NCBI GenBank assembly: GCA_963664395.2
Contig: OY761159.2
Coordinates: 512,001-576,000, forward strand
Reading direction: 5' to 3'
Source of the DNA: Candidatus Binatia bacterium
GTDB taxonomy: Bacteria > Desulfobacterota > Binatia > Bin18
DNA length: 64,000 nucleotides
Shown here: positions 1 to 9,406 of the stretch, piece by piece
Numbering within the stretch: position 1 is the first letter of the stretch
How the letters are laid out: each line of letters begins with the position of its first letter
The notes under the pieces: model-generated
What the model saw: only the letters and a program-made list of their open reading frames with translations
Database searches by the model: none
What the model was told of the DNA's origin: nothing
Position numbers and translations under genes: made by a program

Positions 1-1
1 T

Positions 2-439
2 GCCGATGTCGAACAGGACGAACCGGAGATTCAGGCCGAGCCGGGCTTTGAGAACGAAGTGCACGCCATTAATCTCTTCAAGTATCTGTCCCGCTCTGAC
101 GTGACCTGGAATCCTTCCGTTGTTTCCGTGTGTCGCAACAGCCTGTTTTGCCCGACCACCGAGGAACACGCCTTGCCCGTCATTCACGGTAATGATCGGG
201 TGGAATGGTTTATCCAAGTCAGCGATCAAATCACCTGGCAGGTGAGCGACAAGGAAACCGGGCGGCCTCGGGCCAGAGTTGTCATGAACCCCGGCGATGT
301 GGCTGCCATGCCGGCCGATATCCGGCACCAGGGCTTTTCGCCCAAGCGGGCCATGCTGCTGGTCTGGGAAAACGCGACGCCGGGTCTGCCTGAAAAATAC
401 GATAGCGGAGAGCTCTCGCCCTATCCGATTGATATGTAA
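2..439 (+). CDS. Hydroquinone 1,2-dioxygenase large subunit (HapD/PnpC2/HqdB-like), 5'-truncated by window edge
   Basis: Frame open from base 2 (ADVEQDEPEIQAEPGFENEVH...). Cupin motifs HGNDRVEWF and MPADIRHQG, and C-terminus SGELSPYPIDM, resemble this family. Confidence 0.8.
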   Translation, partial: ADVEQDEPEIQAEPGFENEVHAINLFKYLSRSDVTWNPSVVSVCRNSLFCPTTEEHALPVIHGNDRVEWFIQVSDQITWQVSDKETGRPRARVVMNPGDVAAMPADIRHQGFSPKRAMLLVWENATPGLPEKYDSGELSPYPIDM

Positions 440-466
440 TCAATATGTAATCAAAAGGAGGACAGC

Positions 467-1522
467 ATGAAATTCGGAGTGTTGTATATTCCCGACTATT
501 ACGAAGAGCGCCACAAATCGTCCAGCCATTACTACGGCGAAATGCTGGAGCAGATCGACCTGTGTGAAGAAATCGGTCTGGATAGCATCTGGTTTGCCGA
601 GCACTACGTCGGCGGCTATGCGTTTCCCTCGCCGCCTATTTTTGCCGCCGCGGTTGCGCAGCGGACGAAGCGCGTCCGCTTTGGAACCGGGGTGACGCTG
701 TTGCCGCTGACCAATCCGATCAAGACGGCCGAGGAATATGCGATGCTGGATGTCCTCAGCGACGGACGGCTCGATTTCGGTATCGGCCGCGGCATCCTGC
801 GCCGCGAGTATGACCTGTTCGGGATTAATCCGGACGACAGCCAAGGCCGCTACCACGAAGCGCTCGATATCATCCTCCAAGCCTGGACCCAGGACGAAGT
901 CACGTGTACGGGCACCTACTTCAACATCGATCATGTCAAAACTCTGCCCAAGCCGGTTCAGCAACCCCACCCGCCCATCTGGGCTGCCGCCGTGGCCTCA
1001 CAAGAGTCGTTCATCTGGACGGGCGAGCGGGGCTATAACGTCATGCTTGTCCCATTCGCCTATCCAACCTTTGGACCGCTCCGCGAGCGTGTCGATTTGT
1101 ATCGCCAAACCTTAATTGACAACGGGCACGATCCGGCTCAAAGAGAAGTGCAGGGCGCCTACCATCTGTATGTAGCCGAAGACGATGCTCAGGCACGTCG
1201 TGAAGCCGAAACAGAGTTAGACCGGTATCTCAAATTCTTCGCCAGCCTGGATAAGCCGTGGCAGTCGACAGACTACAAAGCCTATGGCAAAGGGCTCGGC
1301 GATATCTTCTCTCAACTCAACTACGACGTTATGGACAAAGGCGATGGACTAATCTTCGGCAGTCCCGAGCGCTGTGTTCAACGCATCAAGAACATCAAGG
1401 CAGGATTGGGCCTGACCTATATGCTGTTTGAGGTCAACTTCGGCGGCATGGCGCACGACAAGGTGCTGCGCTCGCTGGAACGTTTTGGCAAGGAAGTGTT
1501 GCCGCACGTGCGCGATGTCTAG
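467..1522 (+). CDS. LLM class flavin-dependent oxidoreductase
   Basis: MKFG start, WFAEHY, AEEYAMLDVLSDGRLDFGIGRG, PKPVQQPHPPIW; AGGAGG RBS. Confidence 0.93.
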   Translation: MKFGVLYIPDYYEERHKSSSHYYGEMLEQIDLCEEIGLDSIWFAEHYVGGYAFPSPPIFAAAVAQRTKRVRFGTGVTLLPLTNPIKTAEEYAMLDVLSDGRLDFGIGRGILRREYDLFGINPDDSQGRYHEALDIILQAWTQDEVTCTGTYFNIDHVKTLPKPVQQPHPPIWAAAVASQESFIWTGERGYNVMLVPFAYPTFGPLRERVDLYRQTLIDNGHDPAQREVQGAYHLYVAEDDAQARREAETELDRYLKFFASLDKPWQSTDYKAYGKGLGDIFSQLNYDVMDKGDGLIFGSPERCVQRIKNIKAGLGLTYMLFEVNFGGMAHDKVLRSLERFGKEVLPHVRDV

Positions 1523-1530
1523 TCTTCGCT

Positions 1531-1630
1531 CACTGTAACGTGTGATGCAAAAAGGAACCCACCCCGCCCGGCGACCTCAGCGCGTCTGGCGAGCGTGAGT
1601 TCCTGGGAATATGCACCACACGTCACTGTA
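1531..1630. mobile_element. MITE-like hairpin element with 12-bp TIRs and 7-bp flanking direct repeat
   Basis: CACTGTA at 1531-1537 and 1624-1630; TIR ACGTGTGATGCA (1538-1549) / TGCACCACACGT (1612-1623); inner stem AGGAACCCAC/GTGAGTTCCT. Confidence 0.5.
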
Positions 1631-1641
1631 GGGGGAGCATT

Positions 1642-2904
1642 GTGAAAATCGCCATTATCGGTGGGGGTATCGGCGGCATGACGCTGGCCCTATCGCTACA
1701 TGACGCCGGCCTCGCCGATGTGGAGGTGTATGAATCCACTCACACTATCAGTGAGTTGGGAGTCGGCATCAACGTGCTGCCCCACGCGGTCCGCGAGCTG
1801 ACCGAACTCGGTCTGCTGGACGGCCTCGCCGCGGTCGGCATCCCGACCGGGGAATTGGTCTTCTACTCCAAACACGGCCAGCGCATCTGGGGCGAGCCTC
1901 GCGGCCGCACCGCGGGCTATCACTGGCCCCAGTTCTCGATTCATCGCGGCGAGCTGCTGCAAGTGCTCCACCAGGCCGTATTGGAGCGGCTCGGCCAGAC
2001 ACGGGTCCACACCGGCCACCATTTGGTCCGCTTCGGGCAGGCAGGGGGAAGGGTCTGGGGCGAGTTCGTCGATAGAGCCGGAAAGGCATCCGCACGTCGG
2101 GTCGAGGCCGACCTGCTCGTGGCCTGTGACGGTGTCCACTCGGTCGTCCGTCAGCAACTCTACCCTGACGAGGGTCCGCCCAAGTGGAACGGGATTACCA
2201 TGTGGCGTGGGGTCAGCGTGGGAGAGCCGTTTCTGTCGGGCCGCACGATGCTGATGGCCGGTTATTTTCAGCGGCGGGTGGTTGTCTATCCGATTTCAAA
2301 ACGCCACGCAGACCAGGGCCGGGCGCTCATCAACTGGGTGGCGGAATTCAAGGTCGCTGACGATCAACCCATGCCCCTGCAAGACTGGGCACACACGGCG
2401 CGTCTTGAAGAAGCCTTGGCTCCCTTCACTTCGTTTACCTTTGATTTTCTCGATGTACCGGCGCTGATGCGGCAGGCCGAGACGATTTACCAATACCCGA
2501 TGGTTGATCGCGACCCGCTGCCGACCTGGGACTTCGGGCGGGTGACGCTGCTGGGCGACGCGGCCCATCCCATGTATCCGGTCGGCTCGAACGGCGCCTC
2601 CCAGGCGATTATTGACGCGCGCGTACTGACCCGGCAACTCGCGCTTCAGTCTTCAATTGAGCACGCCGTGACAGCCTATGATGCCGAGCGTCGCCCGGCT
2701 ACGGCAGCAGTTGTTCAGGCCAATCGGAAGGTCGGACCGGAACAGTGCATGGAGCTTGTCGAGCAACGCGCCCCGGATGGTTTTACCAATCTTGACGAGG
2801 TGATCAGCCGGCAGGAGTTGGAAGACATCTCCCGTTCGTATAAACGTACAGCCGGATTTGACCCGGACACATTGAACAACCGACCGTCGTTGTCGGTTCG
2901 TTAG
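1642..2904 (+). CDS. FAD-dependent monooxygenase (group A aromatic hydroxylase family)
   Basis: GGGIGG Rossmann motif, ACDGVHS (DG motif), LLGDAAHPMYP (GD motif). Confidence 0.92.
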   Translation: MKIAIIGGGIGGMTLALSLHDAGLADVEVYESTHTISELGVGINVLPHAVRELTELGLLDGLAAVGIPTGELVFYSKHGQRIWGEPRGRTAGYHWPQFSIHRGELLQVLHQAVLERLGQTRVHTGHHLVRFGQAGGRVWGEFVDRAGKASARRVEADLLVACDGVHSVVRQQLYPDEGPPKWNGITMWRGVSVGEPFLSGRTMLMAGYFQRRVVVYPISKRHADQGRALINWVAEFKVADDQPMPLQDWAHTARLEEALAPFTSFTFDFLDVPALMRQAETIYQYPMVDRDPLPTWDFGRVTLLGDAAHPMYPVGSNGASQAIIDARVLTRQLALQSSIEHAVTAYDAERRPATAAVVQANRKVGPEQCMELVEQRAPDGFTNLDEVISRQELEDISRSYKRTAGFDPDTLNNRPSLSVR

Positions 2905-2922
2905 AGTCATCGCCTTTACGTC

Positions 2923-3660
2923 CTAAAATAGCTCCGATTCGATCTCTTTCATGTATTTGTTCGTGTAGTAAAGGTCAGGGTCTTGCTTTCGAGGTCGAAC
3001 ACGAATTTCAAAACCAGGATCGTCAGCGTTTGTCGCATTAAATAACACCAAGCCAATACCGAATATCTGGCACAGGGAATCAAGCCGTGAGATCTCTTCT
3101 GGCATAGCCTTTTTGGGGATGACCAGGTATGACTTGTGGCTGAACAGGCAGTATGCACAGGATTGACCGAATGCTGTGACTAGCTGATTCGTATCCGTCT
3201 TTATTTCCGCAGACACGATTTCCACAGGCGACTGAATAATGTCGCTCGACTTTGAAACACGCTTACCGATTACGTCGGGCGTCCCCCATTTGTCGCGAAA
3301 CTTGCTCCCACCAAGTGAAATCGCTTCAGTTACATCTTCAAGTTCGCTCTTTATCCAGTCAGCGAATGGCAAATAAAAGCTTTCCTCCTTCGGTACCGGA
3401 GCAGCGCCACGACGAGATTCTTCTTCTTCCATCTTGGAGAATTTACGAAGTCGAAATAGTCCACGAGACGGTTTTTCGACTTTTCTCTTAAAAACCTCCT
3501 GCAAATTGAATATGGCACCCGCAATCGAGTTGAGGTTGAGTGAGTCATCTTCGGCCTTGATAGCCCTTTGGAGATCTGCGAACTTGACCCCTTCGGGTCT
3601 CGACTCCAGGATATTAAGTGCCGTTCTACGTATTCGATCTCCTTGCGACTTCTGCTTCAT
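2923..3660 (-). CDS. Hypothetical protein: N-terminal winged-helix-like region plus PD-(D/E)XK (QxxxY-type) nuclease-like domain
   Basis: TPDVIG...AEIKT...AFGQSCAY motifs; AT-richer than neighbours; AGGAGG RBS before ATG 3660. Confidence 0.65.
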   Translation of the reverse strand: MKQKSQGDRIRRTALNILESRPEGVKFADLQRAIKAEDDSLNLNSIAGAIFNLQEVFKRKVEKPSRGLFRLRKFSKMEEEESRRGAAPVPKEESFYLPFADWIKSELEDVTEAISLGGSKFRDKWGTPDVIGKRVSKSSDIIQSPVEIVSAEIKTDTNQLVTAFGQSCAYCLFSHKSYLVIPKKAMPEEISRLDSLCQIFGIGLVLFNATNADDPGFEIRVRPRKQDPDLYYTNKYMKEIESELF

Positions 3661-3673
3661 AGTTACATCCTCC

Positions 3674-3940
3674 TTACCCCTGGTCACGAAAAGGCTTCCC
3701 GTCACGCAGCGTATAGCGGTCTTCCGAGGGGTCTTTCAGAAAATCAAAGGCGGGATTCTGCCCTGCCGCCCGCAGCCACTCCTTCTCATCCATATCGGTG
3801 CTGTCAGCCTCTTCCGGGAAGACGATAATGACCCGCACACGACTCGGGCCGGAGAGCGGAAGCGGGGCGTCCAGATGCAACTGGTGCTGCTCGTCAATGG
3901 TTCCCATCACTTCCAGCGCTTTCGAGGCAGATTCCTTCAT
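3674..3940 (-). CDS. Small antitoxin-like protein of the type usually found upstream of PemK/MazF toxins
   Basis: GTIDEQHQLHLDAPLP...RVRVII...EWLRAAGQNPAFDFLKDPSEDRYTLRDGKPF, recalled from this family. Confidence 0.6.
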   Translation of the reverse strand: MKESASKALEVMGTIDEQHQLHLDAPLPLSGPSRVRVIIVFPEEADSTDMDEKEWLRAAGQNPAFDFLKDPSEDRYTLRDGKPFRDQG

Positions 3941-4012
3941 ATGTGCTCCTTGTGGAGAAGAGAAAAACTTCTGCCGTACCAGAGATATGATGCAAAGAAA
4001 GCGGTCTCCCTC

Positions 4013-5146
4013 TTACCCGCATGCGGCAAAACGTTCCAAATGGTGATCCGCGTCGCCAAAGGTCTGGGCGATCATGGTCAGCCGGCGAAAAGTGTGACTG
4101 ACCTTCAATTCCTCGGTCATGCCCATCCCGCCGTGCAACTGAACGGCCTCCTGGCTGATGTGACGGCATGCATCCGCAATATGGATTTTTGCCGCGGATA
4201 TGACCCGACGGCGTTCGTCGGCATCCGCGCTGTCGGCCTTCACGCAGGCCAGACAGGCCATGGATTTGGCCTGCTCGTGGATGATCGTCATATCCACCAT
4301 GCGGTGTTGCAGCGCCTGAAACGAACCAATCGGCACCCCGAATTGCTTCCGAGTTTTGAGGTATTCAAGCGTGGTATCATTCGCAAACTTCATAGCCCCA
4401 ACCGCCTCAGCGCACACCAGGGCGGTCGCATAGTCCACCACGGCTTCGATCAGCGGCAGGGCATGACCTTCCTGGCCTAGCAGCGCATTGGCGGGAACAA
4501 CCGTCCCGGCAAAACGCACATCCGCGGCGCGTAAATTATCAATCGTGCGATAGGACGTGAGCGTCACCCCCGGCGCGCTGGCGTCTACCACAAACAGGCT
4601 GATGCCGTCGGCATCGGTGGTGTTGCCGGCGGTGCGAGCCGACACAATGAGTTTATCAGCGCAGGGCGCGTGCAGGACGACACATTTCTCGCCATCAATC
4701 GTATAGCCATTATCGGTCTTCTCCGCCCGACAGGCGACATGCGCCAGATTATAGCGTGCCTCGCGTTCGGTTTGGGCGAACGCCAACTTGCACTGACCGG
4801 TGATGAGAGCCGGCAGAAGCTCTTGCTTTTGGGCCGCACTGCCGCCCCGGGCAATGAACTGGCCGCCCAGACCGACGCTGGCCAGATAGGGCTCGACAAT
4901 AAGTCCGTCGCCAATCGCTTCCATGACCGGCATCAGGTCTACCGCAGTACCCCCAAAGCCACCCACCTCACTCGCAAAGGGCAGGCCCAGCAGGCCCATC
5001 TCGGCGAACGTTGCCCAGACGTGCTCACTATAGCCCTGGTCGGACTCGATGATCTCGCTGCGAGCGGCAAAGGTGTATTCTTTGGTCAGGAATTGCCGGA
5101 CGCTGTGCGTCAGCAGTTGTTGTTCTTCGCTGTAGTCGAAATTCAC
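4013..5146 (-). CDS. Acyl-CoA dehydrogenase, PimD-like small subunit
   Basis: RKQFGVPIGSFQALQHRM, QLHGGMGMTEE. Confidence 0.92.
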   Translation of the reverse strand: MNFDYSEEQQLLTHSVRQFLTKEYTFAARSEIIESDQGYSEHVWATFAEMGLLGLPFASEVGGFGGTAVDLMPVMEAIGDGLIVEPYLASVGLGGQFIARGGSAAQKQELLPALITGQCKLAFAQTEREARYNLAHVACRAEKTDNGYTIDGEKCVVLHAPCADKLIVSARTAGNTTDADGISLFVVDASAPGVTLTSYRTIDNLRAADVRFAGTVVPANALLGQEGHALPLIEAVVDYATALVCAEAVGAMKFANDTTLEYLKTRKQFGVPIGSFQALQHRMVDMTIIHEQAKSMACLACVKADSADADERRRVISAAKIHIADACRHISQEAVQLHGGMGMTEELKVSHTFRRLTMIAQTFGDADHHLERFAACG

Positions 5147-5186
5147 GCTGCGGTCTCCTGTTTACAAGCCAGTTTACAGACTCGGT

Positions 5187-6365
5187 TTACAGACCAAGTG
5201 ACGCCTTGGAAATGATATTGCGCTGGATCTCATTGGAACCTGCATAGATTGAGGTCTTGCGGTAATTGCAGTAGCGCGGGGCGATATTGGCTGTGCGCTG
5301 GTCAAAATCCGTGGCGTGCAGCGACTGAAACGGCTGCGCGAACGGCCCGACCGCTTCCAGCATCAGCTCCGTGAGCGCCTGTTGGATTTCCGTCCCTCGA
5401 ATCTTGAGCAACGACACTTCCGCGCCCGGCGCTCTCCCGCCCCGCATCTGATCCAGAAAACGGAGATTGGTGATCTCCAAAGCCATAAGCTCGACTTCCA
5501 CCCGAGACAGCCGGTCGCGGAAACGCGCATCTTCAATGAGAGGGGTACCGTTTTTGAGCTGCTGTGTCGCCAGCTCTTTCAACCGCAGCACTTCTCGCTT
5601 TGACGCGCCAGTGTTCCCGGTGCCGAGTCGCTCATGGCCGAGAAGATATTTGGCAACGGTCCAGCCGTCATCTTCTTTGTGGACGAGATTCTTGGCCGGG
5701 ACTCGCACATCGTCAAAGAACACTTCGTTCACTTCATGACCGCCGTCCATAAGCATGAGCGGGCGGACGCTGATACCCGGCGTTTGCATATCAATGAGTA
5801 AAAAAGAAATACCTTGTTGTCTTTTTGGAAAATCAGCATTGGTCCGGACCAGACAAAAAATCCAGTCTGCGTGCTGCGCCCAGGTGGTCCAAATCTTCTG
5901 TCCGTTGACGAGATAGGAGTCGCCCTCACGGACCGCGCCGGTCTTGAGGGAGGCCAAGTCAGATCCGGAACCCGGCTCGGAATAGCCCTGGCACCAGAAC
6001 ACGTCGCCCTTATACATGCCGGGCAGAAAGCGCTGTTTCTGCTCTTCGGTGCCGAATTTATGCAGGACGGGCGCACACATGGACACCCCAAAGGGAATCC
6101 GGGGCGGGCAGCCGGCATAGCCGCATTCTTCTTCAAAGATATGCCGCTGAACGATGGTCCAGTTCGTGCCGCCCCACTCTTCCGGCCAGTCGGGCGCCCC
6201 CCAGCCTCGCTCTGCCGTTATTTTTTGCCAGCGCAGCAGGTCCTCTTTGGTCAACTCTTCATAGTCGACTACTTTGTCACGCAGTTCGTTCGGCAGGTTG
6301 TCTTTGAGCCAGGAACGGACGGCGTCACGGAAGGCCATTTCCTCCGGGGAATAGTTGAGATCCAT
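5187..6365 (-). CDS. Acyl-CoA dehydrogenase, PimC-like large subunit
   Basis: WCQGYSEPGSGSDLASL, NGQKIWT, SIYAGSNEIQRNII. Confidence 0.93.
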   Translation of the reverse strand: MDLNYSPEEMAFRDAVRSWLKDNLPNELRDKVVDYEELTKEDLLRWQKITAERGWGAPDWPEEWGGTNWTIVQRHIFEEECGYAGCPPRIPFGVSMCAPVLHKFGTEEQKQRFLPGMYKGDVFWCQGYSEPGSGSDLASLKTGAVREGDSYLVNGQKIWTTWAQHADWIFCLVRTNADFPKRQQGISFLLIDMQTPGISVRPLMLMDGGHEVNEVFFDDVRVPAKNLVHKEDDGWTVAKYLLGHERLGTGNTGASKREVLRLKELATQQLKNGTPLIEDARFRDRLSRVEVELMALEITNLRFLDQMRGGRAPGAEVSLLKIRGTEIQQALTELMLEAVGPFAQPFQSLHATDFDQRTANIAPRYCNYRKTSIYAGSNEIQRNIISKASLGL

Positions 6366-6451
6366 GGCGTACTCCTCAATTCGTATCGTAATTCGTTATT
6401 TGAGACCTGGAAAAAAGGCAAGCCTTCGTACAAACAGGCTCCTCTTTCTGC

Positions 6452-7642
6452 TTACAAGCCAAGAGACATCTTGGCAATAATATTCCGCTGGATTTCATTT
6501 GAGCCGGCGTAAATCGACGCTTTCCGATGGTTGCAGTATCGGACGGTCAAGTTTGCTGTCTGCTGGTCCAGTTCCGTAGCCCCGCCGGTTACCCCAATGG
6601 GTCGATACGGTGCTGCCAGCGGACCGGCCACCTCCAGCAGCAATTCGGTCAGGGCTTGTTGAATTTCCGTACCACGCAGTTTGAGCAGCGAGACCTGTGC
6701 GCCAAGTTCCCGGCCTCTTTGCATCTGGTCCAGAAAGCGGAGGTTCGTAATTTCCAGGGCCAGCAGTTCCACTTCGACTCGGGATACCCTATCCCGGAAG
6801 CGTGGATCATCGAGGAGCGACCGGCCGTTTCGCTGTTGTGTTGCTGCCAGCTCTTTGAGTCGGGCCAGGTCCCGTTTGGATGCTCCAATCTCTCCGGTGT
6901 TGAGGCGTTCGTAACCCAACAGATATTTGGCAACGCTCCAGCCGTCGTTCTCTGTGTGCACCAGGTTCTCAAGCGGTACTTTCACCTCGTCGAAAAAGAC
7001 TTCGTTGACCTCATGCAGCTCACTCATCAACAGCAGCGGTCGCACACTAATCCCCGGCGTTTTCATGTCGATCAGGAGAAACGAAATCCCCTGCTGTTTT
7101 TTTTCGGCTGAGGGGTCTGTCCGCACAAGACAAAAAATCCAGTCCGCAAAATGGGCCCACGTCGTCCAGGCTTTTTGACCGTTGACAACATAATGATCAC
7201 CCTCCCGCACCGCGCGGGTCTTGAGCGCAGCGAGGTCTGAGCCCGCACCTGGTTCGGAATAGCCCTGGCACCAGGCAACATCGCCGTTATAAATGCCTGG
7301 TAAAAAGCGTTTTTTCTGCGCTTCAGTCCCGAAGCGGAGGAGAACCGGTCCACACATGGGAACCCCTGTGGGCAGCAGCATAGGACAGCCGGCGGTCGCG
7401 CACGCCTCTTCAAAAATATACCGCTGAACCGCGGTCCAATGCGTACCGCCCCACTCTTCAGGCCAGTGCGGAGCCACCCAGCCCTGGGTGGCAAGAATCT
7501 TGTGCCAGCGCAGATAGTCAGCGCGACCGAGGTCGTGATAGTTCACGACCTTCTCGCGGAGGTCGTCCGGGAGATTGGCACGAATCCAGGTCCGGACGGT
7601 GGCGCGAAAAGCCAGCTCTTCCGGCGAATAGTTCAGGTCCAT
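6452..7642 (-). CDS. Acyl-CoA dehydrogenase, PimC-like large subunit (tandem paralog)
   Basis: Same motifs; colinear with 5187-6365 (both start MDLNYSPEE). Confidence 0.93.
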   Translation of the reverse strand: MDLNYSPEELAFRATVRTWIRANLPDDLREKVVNYHDLGRADYLRWHKILATQGWVAPHWPEEWGGTHWTAVQRYIFEEACATAGCPMLLPTGVPMCGPVLLRFGTEAQKKRFLPGIYNGDVAWCQGYSEPGAGSDLAALKTRAVREGDHYVVNGQKAWTTWAHFADWIFCLVRTDPSAEKKQQGISFLLIDMKTPGISVRPLLLMSELHEVNEVFFDEVKVPLENLVHTENDGWSVAKYLLGYERLNTGEIGASKRDLARLKELAATQQRNGRSLLDDPRFRDRVSRVEVELLALEITNLRFLDQMQRGRELGAQVSLLKLRGTEIQQALTELLLEVAGPLAAPYRPIGVTGGATELDQQTANLTVRYCNHRKASIYAGSNEIQRNIIAKMSLGL

Positions 7643-7781
7643 ACTGTTTCCTTGAACGGTAGAGCATTATGTATCAGGCTGCCAAGTAAATCCTAGCCCA
7701 TATCCCGGTCTATATCCCGGCCTCTATCTTCGGCTCACTGCCGGGGGATACAGCCCCGAGTGGGTTTGCTATGCTTCCCCG

Positions 7782-7832
7782 ACGATTCGTCATTAGACGA
7801 TTCATCGTTGACGATTCACCATCGACCATTCC
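7782..7832. repeat. Four spaced direct repeats GAC(G/C)ATTC upstream of nudC
   Basis: gacgattcgtcatta gacgattcatcgtt gacgattcaccatc gaccattc. Confidence 0.5.
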
Positions 7833-7851
7833 AGGACTGGAGGATTTGGGT

Positions 7852-8718
7852 ATGTCTTCCCGCACCGCACCACACTCTCACGGACAACCGATCTTTGGCA
7901 TGCAGAAACCGTTTATTTCTGAAGTCGTGCCGCCCCAGGAACTGTCCGGACCGGCCTGGTGGTTCGGCTTTCACCGCAACCGGCTCCTACTTCAGCAGAC
8001 TGACGCGACGTTTCAGGTGCCCTGCCTGGAACGCTTTGAAGAGTTGGGAGTATCTGCGGGGAATCGGCATTATCTTGGACGGTATGACGGGCGGGCGTGT
8101 TATGCCGTTGATGTCCTGGACAAATCGGTTCCCGATCACCTGGACTTCAAGGACCTGCGGCAGGCACACAGCGGAATTGACGAAGATTTGTTTGTCCTGG
8201 GGGGTCGCGCCGTCCAGATTGTTGAGTGGGACCGCAGCCATCAGTACTGCGGGCGGTGTGGAACTCGGAATGAAACCAAACAGGATGAGCGGGCCAAGCG
8301 CTGCCCCAAGTGCCAGCTCTTGAGCTTTCCCCGCTTGTCACCCGCCATTATTGTCATGGTGGAGCGTGACGGAAAAATCCTGCTCGCCCGTTCGCCCCAT
8401 TTCCCAACCAAGATGTACAGCGTGTTGGCCGGCTTTGTGGAACCCGGCGAGACCATAGAGGAATGCGTCGCCCGAGAAATCAAGGAAGAAGTCGGCATCA
8501 CGGTCGAGAATATCCGCTATTTTGCCAGCCAGCCGTGGCCGTTTCCAAATTCGCTCATGCTCGGTTTTACCGCCGAGTATGCGGGCGGCGAGATTAAAGT
8601 GGACGGAGTAGAAATCGCCGAAGCGGCCTGGTTCAGCCCGGACGCCATGCCGTCCATTCCGGGCCGCATCAGCATCTCGCGGCGGTTGATCGACTATTTT
8701 TTAGACACGCACGGGTAG
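7852..8718 (+). CDS. nudC: NAD(H) diphosphatase NudC
   Basis: Zn ribbon CGRCG...CPKC, Nudix box GFVEPGETIEECVAREIKEEVG, SQPWPFPNS signature; GGAGGA RBS. Confidence 0.95.
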   Translation: MSSRTAPHSHGQPIFGMQKPFISEVVPPQELSGPAWWFGFHRNRLLLQQTDATFQVPCLERFEELGVSAGNRHYLGRYDGRACYAVDVLDKSVPDHLDFKDLRQAHSGIDEDLFVLGGRAVQIVEWDRSHQYCGRCGTRNETKQDERAKRCPKCQLLSFPRLSPAIIVMVERDGKILLARSPHFPTKMYSVLAGFVEPGETIEECVAREIKEEVGITVENIRYFASQPWPFPNSLMLGFTAEYAGGEIKVDGVEIAEAAWFSPDAMPSIPGRISISRRLIDYFLDTHG

Positions 8719-8752
8719 GATACGTAATCTGGCTGAGTCCCCCAGGAGCCCC

Positions 8753-8782
8753 GTAGGTCGGATTAGCGCAACGTAATCCGAC
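8753..8782. repeat. GTAG-type REP palindrome
   Basis: GTAG-GTCGGATTA...TAATCCGAC between convergent genes. Confidence 0.7.
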
Positions 8783-8786
8783 ATCC

Positions 8787-9398
8787 CTACTGCTGCTGCT
8801 TGACCGCTACACAGATCAACAATTTTTCCTCATCCGTATATTGCGTCACCGTCAGTCCATGCGGCCCGAGGAAGGCATGCGCTTCGTCCGGTGAGGGCAG
8901 TGACGTAATCGGAAACGGCTCCGAGCGGACGAGCCCTTCAACAAACGCCCGGCCTTCCGGGTGACTGATCACGACCCGCCCTCCCGGTCGCAGCATGCGC
9001 ATGATATTGCGTAGCGCCCCAGGCTTGTCCGCGATATTGCCGTACATACCGTTCATGAAGACCACATCGACGCAGGCCTCGGGCAGGTCCAGGTCCCGGA
9101 TGTCAGCCTGGTGGCGTTCGACTTCAGGGTAATGCTGGGCGACCTGTTCCAGCATCTTGCCGGACAGGTCGCAGACGTAGATACGGCCGGGCTGATACTT
9201 GCGAATGTCCGGAATGAGGGCGCCCGTCCCGGTCCCAACATCCAGCACGTTTTCTCCTGCCTGAATGTCAGGCGCGGCAACGATGCGTTCCATACGGGCG
9301 CATACGTCTTGGGGTAAATCGACCAGAAAACGATCATACACATTATCGAATGCCTGGCCTTGTTTTGCGTTGAATTGGGCAATCTGTTCGTCGTTCAT
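8787..9398 (-). CDS. Class I SAM-dependent methyltransferase
   Basis: VLDVGTGTG motif I, LRPGGRVVI. Confidence 0.88.
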   Translation of the reverse strand: MNDEQIAQFNAKQGQAFDNVYDRFLVDLPQDVCARMERIVAAPDIQAGENVLDVGTGTGALIPDIRKYQPGRIYVCDLSGKMLEQVAQHYPEVERHQADIRDLDLPEACVDVVFMNGMYGNIADKPGALRNIMRMLRPGGRVVISHPEGRAFVEGLVRSEPFPITSLPSPDEAHAFLGPHGLTVTQYTDEEKLLICVAVKQQQ

Positions 9399-9406
9399 GC
9401 GTTTCC

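Noticed and set aside
1531-1630. Integron attC site
   Set aside because: Ends do not match RYYYAAC/GTTRRRY; no integrase or cassette array
3434-4480. 348-aa plus-strand ORF and other long antisense ORFs (17186-18277, 24163-24936, 52085-53059)
   Set aside because: Shadow frames opposite well-supported genes in GC-rich DNA; no motifs
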